This document shows, piece by piece, positions 50,708-61,837 of a stretch of DNA of 64,000 bases; position 1 is the stretch's first letter, and every line of letters begins with the position of its first letter. A program made the translations under genes and the position numbers. The DNA comes from Thalia democratica. Taxonomy: Eukaryota. The notes under the pieces are model-generated. The model saw only the letters and a program-made list of their open reading frames with translations, had not been told where the DNA came from and searched no databases. The DNA lies in NCBI GenBank assembly GCA_965202585.1, contig OZ241826.1, positions 88,846,001 to 88,910,000 on the forward strand, read 5' to 3'.

Positions 50708-53700
50708 TTTGTTTCTGTTAGTTTTATATTTAATTATTTGTTATTAAGTTAAGTTATTTTTATTAGGTTACTTATATTTTTGCTAAAGCTGGATTTGTGC
50801 AGTTAAAATTTAAAGTTAGATCCAAAAAACAGAGGTTTTATAGTTGTAAAACATTATCATCTGTTAGTTATAAAAAGAGACTTTTTAAATTTAAACTAAT
50901 TTTTTTTTACAGTAAAAACACCAAACTGTATGAGTAGTAAGATTTATAAAAAAATGATTGAAGCCACTCATTAAATTAAAAGTTTTGAAAAAAAATCTTG
51001 GTGATTTTTTTTTGTTACTTTTCTGTACTAAATAATATAAAATAAATATAAATTTTAGAAAAATAAGATAAGTTTTTAAAGATTGTTTACAAAAATATAA
51101 TAACAACTTTACTCAAGCTTTCATTCTATTTTTAGAAGGTTTATTTAATTATTTTCGTGTTATTTTAAAAAGACAAAACTATTTTTCATGCTTTGTATCT
51201 AGCTATAATTTCACTGAGTTTTCTGTGGTACTGTATTTGTAAATGAAAAACTTTGATAGCTTTAAAAATTTATTTTTATGTAAACAAATAACAGCTTTTC
51301 TTAGTTTTTTTTTGAAGTTTTTATCTTTAAAGTACTATTTTTTGAGTTTAACAACACAAAAATGCATTACATAATATATTTTAATTGCGTCACTTTACAA
51401 AAGATCTAAAATCTTCTTAATCTTAAGAACAGTTAATAATACTCACGACTGTATTAAAATCTGTATATTTAAAACAATTTATATACTAAAAGATATATTT
51501 AATATTTGTAACATTTTACAAAAAAAACGATACCAAACAAATAGTTTTTGAAAATATTCTAAAGTATTATTGAAATTAAAACTTTAAAAACGTAGTATTT
51601 TAAGTTGTAAAGATATTTTACTTAAACGTTTTATCATAAGAACAACTGAAAAAATAATATATGGTTAAACTGTAAGTTAAAAATATCTAAAGCAAGATTT
51701 ACATTTACTTATTTAAGTAATTAAATACTAAACAGAGTATAAAACTATAGTAAAGTTTGTCATTCAAATATGTTCATTATGGTTCGAAATAATTTGTCGT
51801 ATTTATTATGTACATGATGTTGTAGATTATAAAAAATACTGTTTTATATGCAATTATATACATTACTTGAGACAATTATACAAAGATCAGAATACAATAA
51901 CAAATAAGAGCAAAAATTGTTCAAACGTTTTTATACTTTAGTTAATCTATCAATTAAATTTTTTAAGAAGACCAAAATATTTCAAGTTAAAAAAAAGAAA
52001 TATTTTATTTCGAATCATTATTTATATTGTAAAAACAAAATGTTTTCATGTTGAATAGCTGCCTAACTAAACTACAGCTACTAACTAAATTAAATTTAAA
52101 AGTTTATTTTAATTTAGTCTAACTACGAACCTCAGTTAGTATAAGTTACAAAACTTTTTACTCGCGGGCTACATTTACATGCATGCGGGGTGAATCGTGC
52201 AGTTTGCCTACCCTTGTATATACATTAACAGCTTCGCGTGTTTAGTAAACACATTTAAGAAAAATGTGTTCGACTAAGACGTATTTTTTGTACCGTTTGT
52301 AGAATAAAAAGGTACATTTTCTGATTTAATTTATTTGAATATACTATGCTAATATTTGCTATGAAATCTACATAAAACATGTTTACATTTTACTTGGGTT
52401 TGCTGAACACTATTAAAAACCTAAACTTTCAAAAAACATAACATATTATTCTGAAAACTTATTTTTTACGTATTTTCTTAAATAAGTAAGACTAAGTAAA
52501 GTTTGTAGAACATATCAAGTATTCTCAAACCTAATTAAAACATATCTAAATAATTTTACCAGAATTACTTTAAATAGTTCATTTAAAACCTTATCATGCT
52601 TAAAATTTTAAACCATAAAGTTGATACTAAGGCTAATTTAAGATTTATATTTTACTGTATACCCAAATGTTTTATAAACAAAACAATTAAGGTATTTATC
52701 AAATTGTTTATTGAACAAAACCATTGCACATGTTCTCTTCAAATAGTTCAGAATGATCTTGTAAACAGGATATTTTATATCAATCTGGAAAATTCTTTGT
52801 TTGATTTAACTTTTTTTTTAATCAACATAAATTCAATCAAATGCGTCAATCTTTATAACATCATAATTTATAAGTTTGATAGCGATCACACTATTTTTTT
52901 AATCATTTAGGTGTATAATACACAAACTTTTAAACAAAACTAATAAGTAAAGTTATATCTTTGGAGTATCTCACAAAACATTATGCCTTATGAAGTTCAA
53001 AAATTTAATCTTTAGTTTAAAATTTGTGTTAAATTAGTTAAAAAACAAGTCTTTTTTACAGTTTAAAAGAACATTTTTTGTGGAAGTAGTATCAAAAAAA
53101 TCCTTAGAATACTTCCGTCTAACTTTTAACAACAAAAATTGCTAATTATCTAAAAAGGCGATTTAAACCAATTATTAATACTTTCAATATATTTTTACTT
53201 AGTTTTTACTAAAACTTATTACAAATTAGCCCAGTACATTGTGATTAGTACCTTTAATACTCTTAAAATTTTAAAATACCTCATTAGAAAACAATGTGAT
53301 AAAACTATAAAGCTTCTTTTGACTTTGATATGTCTAGCAGTTGTTCATTTATATTTTTACTACATCTTAACCTTAATGAGTATAGTTTTTACAAACAGAA
53401 AATTATAAAACCAACAAACTAGTCAAAGCTTTATTTGTAGCGGCTCTGTTTAAAAAGTAGTTTATTTATATATTATCACATTCGTGTTAAAACTATGTTT
53501 ATATTGAGTTATTGTCCAGTGCACAATAAACCAATTTCTGTGTAATACAAAATCGTGCTAAACTTTTCAAAAGCTCTTTCACAATGTTTTTGTGTTTTTT
53601 CTTACTCAAAAAATAAATTTTTATCAGAGTATGAAGAATTTTTTTTAATCATTAGAAAATTTATAAATTTTTATACATTCAGATATTTATTTATTTAATA

Positions 53701-54261
53701 TTTACTCTTTTTCTTTTTTGAAAAAAAACAAAAACCAAAGTATATGATGATCCAGAAGTTAGTTTTGTTGATCACAATAGATTTACTAAATGTTTAAGTA
53801 TAACTAACTTATAATAAATTTCAAAATATTCTCTAACAAAAAAAAAATTCAAAATAAAACAAAATAATTTCGACATAAATAATAATCAAGAAATAAGTAA
53901 TTAGATGATTATAGAACCAAAAACTAATGATAATATATGAAAATAATAATAATAAAGTATTTTATTGATAGGCAGCATAATAGATTTTGCAGTAAATTAA
54001 AGATACAAACATGTAGTTTACAAGGTAAAACATTTATCACTAAAATGAAAAAGGAACTTGATTAAATAATAACATTTATAGATCAAAGCAATACGTATAT
54101 CAAAATGACAGTAAGAGTAAGAAATGCTGTTAAATATATGTTGATTATAAAACATTAATGTTAAGTTCGTGTAATTATAAAATATTTGAAAAAAAAAAAA
54201 TTAAATGGAACTACATCGACAATGTGAGCTATCTCAACTATCCGACTTCAATATTTCTCGA

Positions 54262-57200
54262 TTATCTGACAGCAGGTAGTACAATTGATCGGTTAATCGG
54301 ATCTTCTAGTATCTGCACTGGTATCCTTTTATTAGATGGAGACAGCCGATACAGCTGGAAAAAATCATAATATTTATTTATACTTTTCGAATAAAATAAT
54401 ACGTTAATTAAGTTAAATTTAAAGGAATTTTAGAAAACAATAGTCTTTACAATTTTCGAAAAACAAAAATCAAATCAATTGTAGAACTTATTAAAAAAAT
54501 ACTTTTATTCGAAGTATATAATTAAGTTATTAAATTGGCATTAATTTTTTTTTAATATAGAATTATTTAATAAGAATAAAAAGAAATACACTACAATATT
54601 TTAAACCAACACTTTATATAGAAACAACATAATCGAAACAAACTATTACTTTTCAAAATACTTTTTTTAAAATAAATTCTTTATAAAACAATATACGTGT
54701 GTTTGTTAAATATTCTTATACCGTACTTATCTTATCATACAAAACATTTTTATAAATGAAGCATTATCTTTAATCTCAGTATTTTTGTCAGCTTATTTAA
54801 AGTGTAAAACTTTAACTGATTGTCTTAAAAATTTAATAAACCAATAATACAATTACTAGACAAAGTAGTAAGAGTACAAAATATATTTTTAATACTAGAG
54901 GTAACTACAATACAAGCAGGGACGTAGCAAGCTCAAAAAAGTTACGAATCTGCAAAAATTAAAACATCTGAAATAACTCGTGATAACGTCCTAGCGGGAA
55001 CACAGCAATTAAACTACCTCTAATGTTATTGAACTTAATCTGAAAAAAATTCAGTTATGTTAATACATCAAAAATGGAATGTTGAGGTACGAGTGATAAC
55101 TGTATACAAGGCAATTTAATTTGCTCCACACCCCCTATGACTCTTTATGTCTTGCCACTTGTGTAAACCAAGAAAACATTCATTAAACGGTAGGAATTTT
55201 TATAGGTAGTTTTAAATATTGGGTACTTTCAAATGCAGCAAATTTGCAAAAAAAAAGTACCAAATTTTTTGATGACGTCATTAACTTTACTTTGGGTAGT
55301 TTTGAAGCTTAAACTTGTAAAAAAAACAAAATTGCTGTCTAAGCCTATGACAATTTCACTTTTTTAATTTTCTAAAATATGTAAATAATCATGATTGAAA
55401 TAAAACAATAGAACAATACTAAACATTTCCCTATGTTAACAAAATTATAAAATATTTTTTGTTAACATAAAGTTACAATTTTAAATTCAAACACAATTAA
55501 AAAAATTATTTTTAAAATTTTTCTTTTATAGTTTATTGATGAATTTAATTCATAAAAAAATTTGAACTAATTTTACATGAGTTATTTACTTTAATAAAAG
55601 CTACTTTTTTATAGTTTGAAAAAAAAGTTAATAGGGTGGCCACCAAACCTAAATGGTTATGGGAATCTTGGAATGTTATATAAAATCCTAGAATGACTTG
55701 AAATTTTGATCACTTATTTTGTCTAGAAAAGTAAATAAAACTTGATTTTAAAAAAATATATTAAATCTTGAAAAATTGAAAGAAGTTTCAAAAAAACTTT
55801 AGGAGCTACCTTGGGTACAGGGAGGGTGTAGATCACTTTTATTACAAGTTGATGTCACTTTATGAAATTTATTCTAAACTACAAGTATCTTTATACAGAT
55901 TTTTTATACCGAAACAAATTTTTGATATAAAACATTAAAATAGGAGAGTACAGTAGGTTTTACTTGTCATCTTTTACTATTTTTTAAATACTGAAAGGAA
56001 TACTTCCTTAAAAATTGAGCAGGGTTGCCAAAACACCTGGAATCCAGGAACTTGACAGTTTAAACAAAAACTGGAAAAACCTTGAACTTTTGAAATTAAA
56101 ATATTTTTGAAATCTAGTGTTTAAAAAAAAATCATCAAAAATTCTGTAATTTTTAAACTATATCTACATGCAAAATAATAAATTTTTTAAAAATATGATA
56201 ACTTAAAGTCATCAATGGTCTATAAAAGAAAAATTTTCAAAGTCAATAGCTTAATTTGTGGTTAAATTTAAAATTGTAACTTATACAAAAAATATCAAGG
56301 TTGAAAATTATATTTCCTTAATTTTGTTAACATAGTGAAATGTTAAGTATTGTTTTATTTCAGATACAATTATTTTTATATTTAGAAAAATAAACAAAGT
56401 GAATTTATCATAGGCCTAGATAGCAAATTTATTTTTTTTACAAAGTTTAACTTTAATAATTACCGAAAGTAAAGTTAATGACATCATCGAAATATTGGGT
56501 ACTTTTTTTTGCAAAATTGAGGCAATTAAAAGTACCCAATACTTAAAACTACCCATAGAAAGTTAAAAAGTCCTACCCTTCATTCAAAATAAGTATAAAA
56601 AATCACTATTTAACTCAAAAACACTTATACTGTTTTGAAAATCAAACATTTAATGTAGTCAATAGTAACAACAAGTTATGCAAATTTTTGTAACATAAAA
56701 TTATATGATTTTGATTTTTGAAGCTACAGCTTCCTTTAGAATCAATTTTGCATTGCAGCTTTTTGACAAAATAAAGCTTTAACGCCCTAAATATTATAAT
56801 TTGGATGTATTTAATTTGTTCAATCTTTTTACGACACTAAAAATGCTAAAGAGTACATATATGTCAAATTTATCTCTCAGGAGTGCAAAATTAAGCATAA
56901 ATGAATACTAAAAGCTAAGACAGCAGAGTCTTTTCAAGCTGAAATAAAAGCAAGTTTTTTCGCACATAAGTATACGTTTTTGTAGATTTGCAGAAACTTA
57001 CCAAGCTACGTCCCTGAATACAAGTAAAATGTTAATCAGTTTACAGGTTTATTATTTTAAATTGCTATGCAACTCTGTTTATTTACTAGCATCCTATGAA
57101 AATATTTAATACTAACCGTTTTTATTTTAACAAAACTCATTTTAACACTTTTGTAAAAAAAAATCGTCTATTTTTAAATAAAAATTATATTTTATATCTA

Positions 57201-60200
57201 GCATAAAATGATTTTTAATAAGTTTTTGTATCAATGTTTATTAACTTAAGCAAAAAAATGTTATTTAAGAAATATGAAATAATTAATTTTACCTGACAAC
57301 GCTGTTTGTTGCTTGGCAATTTATCTAATGACTTATTTGGTGACGTCATCAATCTGGGTTTTCTCAGCTGGGGACTGGAAATTTTCAACCTTTTTATTTT
57401 ACCCGGTACTTTTTCAGGTTTCCTAAAAATTGTTTGAATTTATGTACCCATAAATCGTTAGTCTTTAATTTTTAATATATTAAGTTCGAAATTGTTATTT
57501 AATTTTGAACGTAAAATATACTACTATTCAAAAATTAGTCTATATAAATCAATATATGTTCATAGAGAATAAAGAATTAACAAAGTTGCAACTTTGTAAA
57601 AAAAATGTAAAAAATAGTAATTGTATTGCAAAAGCTACTAACTTATTAAAAATATTTCTTAAGGCTAGAAACAATGTCTTTTATCGATTTTGTATCAAAA
57701 ATACTAAAAACAATAAAATGATAAGTTACGGAAAGTATAGTTAAAGATCAGTCTCATTTGCATATTCGCTGATTCAGCAAATTTATATAAGCTTTTTTTA
57801 ATTTTAATTTTTTTACTTATTATCCCTAACCCACCTTACCCAAACATATTAAAAATTGATCAGAAAATTAAGTTTTAATAACTAAAATTAAAGGTAACAT
57901 TGAAAAAACTTCTTTTTTGATGAATCAGCAAATATGCAAATCAGATTGATCTTTGAGTATTCAAGCAATAAAGTATAACAAAATTAAAAGGAGAAAGACA
58001 AATTTTGAACTGGGTCATTTTGTAAAATCTTTTGTTTTTTAAGTTTTACTGTGTAAGAAAAATTCAGATACCGACATTAAGTTATAAAATATAAATTTTA
58101 TATGTAACAATTTTAATACAACAGTGAAAAAGTTTAAATATTTTTTAAATAATTTTTCTATTCAAAAATAAATATTTAACAATTTACAACAGTTTGAAAG
58201 TAGTTAAAGACAGTAAAAATATCAATTGTATAAAAGTTAACTTTATAAATAACCTATTAATAACTTTATGAGTATTAAAATGTGATAAATAAATTAAAGA
58301 CAACTAAATTTGTACAATAATTTAAATTAAGTTTTAATTAAACTTTCATTTGTAAATGAAATCTTATAATACACATTAAACGTCAAAAGAATTTAAAGTG
58401 GTTCATAAGTATTTGAAAGTAGTTTAAACAACTTTGCGGCATTTTTAAATTGTACCGATCCATTCATAAATATATTTATACAATAAAAGTAACTTGGCAA
58501 AGATCAGTTTCAAAGCAATTGTTGAACTAAAAATACAAATTTTCTTTATACATTTTGTGTCAAACGTTTTTTAAAGGTACAACTTGAATGTTACATAATC
58601 CAAATAAGGTTGATACATTATTTAATAAATTAAAAAAAATAAAAATATTTTTAGCTAAATTTTAGTATTGTAAAATTTTTAAAGTTTATTGCAAAACAAA
58701 TTAAAGTTTCAAATCAAGCAAACCCACTGTAATAAACCTAAAATCTAAACAACTAAAAATACACAACGCTTTAAGAGATGATAATAAAGCAAGAAACTTT
58801 TTATAGACTGAAAAGAACTAAAGTTTTAGTCTTTTTATCCAAAAACTTTATCATATAGAAAGAAGTTTTTAGAAAAATTAAATCTATGTACATAAGTAAC
58901 CTAACAACTGTTACAAAGAATTTAATCCTGTTGTAATGCTATTGAAAGCAAAATGTTATTCTATACAAAGGATTAGCAGTAATTGTAGGAAATATTAACT
59001 TAAATCATTTCAAAAAAGTGTCAAACAAAATAAACTGTTTTCCTTTTAAACACAACAATTCATATTTTCAACTGTATTAGTTACTACTTGAAATAATAAT
59101 CTGCTTTTTTAGTAATTTTCGTCAAAGAAAGAATTATAATTTTAATACAACAACATTAATGGTTAATATATAAGGATTATTTATTAAATTCGGTGGGAAA
59201 ATTTGTTTAAATTTTACGTATAAGCTTAAAGCTGTGTAACAACAAATATGCTTTCAAACTGTGAGAAGTTTAAAAAACACTGTAACTTCAACCTCAGAAA
59301 ATATGTTAACTACAAAATACATTTTAAATTTCAACTTTTTTTTCAATTTAATGAACTTTTCTTTTACAACGAAAAATTATATTTTAAAAATAATAATTCG
59401 ATTTGTAAAAAGATAAGGTGTAAATATAAAACAAGTATACATGATGACTCAATTTTATTAATTTAATGTGAGCTCAAAGAAAGTAAAAAATAAGCATACA
59501 TAATATTTTGTGTTATATGGCTCTTATTATAAAAACTTTAAAAAAGTTCACGACAAAAGAGTACTATCAAAATACATATACTAAATGTTTTTATTCTATT
59601 ATAAATACACAATAATACAACTAACGGAATGTTTTCTTCATAGAAAGTATCTGCGTTATTGAGCCAAAGTTTTTCCATTTGTGAAATTATTCTGTTTTCT
59701 TTATTTTTAATTACGGTAACAATTTCTTCTACTTGTTCTTTTGTTTCTGCTGCTGAAATTAATAGGTTTATTTTTATTTTTTATAGCTTTATTTGTTCAG
59801 TTACATTTCAATGAAACATATGCAGCAGAATTGTTTAATTTTTTTTAAGTTCAAATATTTGAACCATTTTTTAAATTGTAAAAATATAGGTCAGTAGCTA
59901 GTTTTTCATTTAGAAGTAGAAGATTAAAAACTAAAAACAACCTTTTTACTTTTAATTTCTATATAAGAAATTATATTAAGTAATATTTTGTAGATAAAAC
60001 TAAAAATAAGTTAAAATTTTATGTTATTTAACTCAAAAGTTAAGAACTAAACCTCTTGTAATCATCCTATAATAAATATTTAAAATTTCAAAGTTTTTAT
60101 AAACATTTAATTATATAATACGCTTGAGCTTTTCAGGAACAAATATAAAAGCATATAGATATTGTTTAAGATTTTAAACTAATTTTAGTCTTACTTAAAA

Positions 60201-61837
60201 TAATTCAACTCTATATGAAGTAATTAATTTTCTAATAGAGACAAACTTGAAAATGAACCTTTTGATTTCAATAAACTTTATAAATTTGGAATAACATTGC
60301 TTTTATCCTTGGAAGTTATTGATCATGACTTACAAACAGAAACCATGTAATTTTAATTTGTAAACTACTCAACTGACATTCGAAACACAGATTAATCATG
60401 ACGTTACACATACAAAAACCGATTAATCAAACTCGATAAACAGACATAAGCACAATGGATTAAACCGATGTTGGGCAAATATTACGGAACTAACAATGAA
60501 AACAAAGTTACCACTCCTATTATTTAAATGCAATGAAAAAGTAAACTTCAATGTTAACATGTGATTGTTATGTTGATTTTTAACAATAATGTTATTATTG
60601 TTTGTGCGTAAATTATTTTTTATGAATATATTTTGTTTATATAGTTTCTACTAGTTTTTCTTAAGCGATTACTTGATTTAAAAAACTCTAAAATACGCAC
60701 TAAACACTTGTTTTAATACAGTTATTTTAATTCTGCAAACTTTTTGTTTTTATATTTGTTAAAAAAACACAAAATTTTAGATACTAATATAGTCTAACTA
60801 GAAATCTTACAACTAGAACAATTAAAAATATGTTTATAATGAAGCAACAAACGACTTAGTTAACTGAAATTTGTGAATGAAAAACAAGCGTGACCTCTTC
60901 ACAGATGAAAGCAGTGTGAAAATGACGCACTAATAAATCAAACTTTTGTGAAGTGCCACCCGAACAAGCCGCTAATTGCTAATCAATACCAACAAAGCGT
61001 TCGCATTTTTATACGAGACACTTTAAAGTGCTCCAATGAAGGAGCTAATTACGTAAATTCACTTATGTAAACTTGGAAGACTTGCCATTTGTGTTGTAAT
61101 CATTATCATATTGACCTTTGATTTTTTTGTAATTAAAAAGATTTTTTATTGTTGTAACGTAATATATAAAAATCCGTTATACGACAGTTTAAATTTTAGC
61201 TATCCAAATTCTTATAAAAACTTTAAAAGAGCCACATCTCAAAAAGTAACTACTTAATTTTATAAATGTCCATTTACGTCTAATTAATAAGAATACCATG
61301 GTAAATTTTATTTTTTTTAAGAAAACTCATAATTACTTAAGTTTAGCAAGTTTCAAAACTTTCTTTAGCCATATCTCAAAAAAAATCCAAGTTTTTATAA
61401 TGAATTATTGTCCTGTAGGTCTTATTAATAAAAATATGACGTAAAAATTTTATATGTTTTAATGTTTATTAAAATAGATAATTACCAACAACTCAGAATT
61501 ACTAGAACTTTAATTCTCAAAATTTGAATTGATGAGCACCAATAAAAGTCTAATTTTACATTTATCTAATATAAATCAAACATTGTTAAAAACTGTTACC
61601 TGTGGGAACGCTTTCAGATTGTTCTGTGACATTCTCAGACTTCTCATTTCTTTTAGACGCGTTTTCAGAGATTTCAGGATTTTTTGGTGAGTTTTCATTG
61701 GCAGGATTATTCTTACTTGTCTTTCTAAAACTTGAAATCGGTCTTGTTCTTTTTGATGTTTTTCTGTGACTGCGATGTTTTCGACTTGTACTCACTCTAT
61801 CCTTTGGTTGTCTGTAAACGTACATTGGCAATGACAT
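54262..61837 (-). CDS. Hypothetical ~179-aa protein, basic/Ser-rich N-terminus, 4 exons
   Basis: Exons 61837-61600 (phase 1), 59752-59626 (phase 2), 57374-57293 (phase 0), 54354-54262 (stop TAA), all GT-AG and phase-compatible, 540 nt: MSLPMYVYRQPK...SVPTAAETKEQVEE...EENIPPQLRKPRLMTSP...QRCQLYRLSP...RSIVLPAVR*. A possible extra in-frame 33-nt exon lies at 58526-58494. No recognisable domain. Confidence 0.6.
55188..56578. mobile_element. Mutator/MULE-like non-autonomous element with ~110-bp TIRs
   Basis: 55188-55298 and 56461-56578 are long imperfect inverted repeats (GGTAGTTTTAA.TATTGGGTACTTT...GTCATTAACTTTACTTT.GGTA); 9-bp flanks TTCATTAAA/TTCATTCAA (8/9). Confidence 0.7.
55632..55813. mobile_element. 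Decayed MITE (AGGGTGGCCAC family) nested in the MULE-like element
   Basis: Starts TAGGGTGGCCAC and ends near GAGCTACCTTG; resembles the element at 18-330. A further CAGGGTTGCCA-headed fragment starts at 56020. Confidence 0.45.
57745..57952. mobile_element. TTAA-flanked MITE (Kolobok-type ends) with octamer-containing TIRs
   Basis: ~37-bp imperfect TIR AGATCAGTCTCATTTGCATATTCGCTGATTCAGCAAA vs TTTGATGAATCAGCAAATATGCAAATCAGATTGATCT; flanks TTAA/TTGA; AG...CT termini. Confidence 0.7.

Larger units (their letters stand above)
54917..57016. mobile_element. Non-autonomous hAT element (2.1 kb) with nested insertions
   Basis: Perfect 12-bp TIR CAGGGACGTAGC/GCTACGTCCCTG and perfect 8-bp TSD AATACAAG (54909-54916; 57017-57024). 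No transposase ORF. Confidence 0.85.

Noticed and set aside
52596-52910. 104-aa plus-strand ORF and a candidate 63-nt minus-strand exon
   Set aside because: AT-rich, Ile/Phe/Asn/Lys-biased translation typical of non-coding DNA; no partner exons found.
54158-54370. 70-aa plus-strand ORF
   Set aside because: Better explained as the antisense of the orphan gene's terminal exon, which has a clean acceptor on the minus strand.
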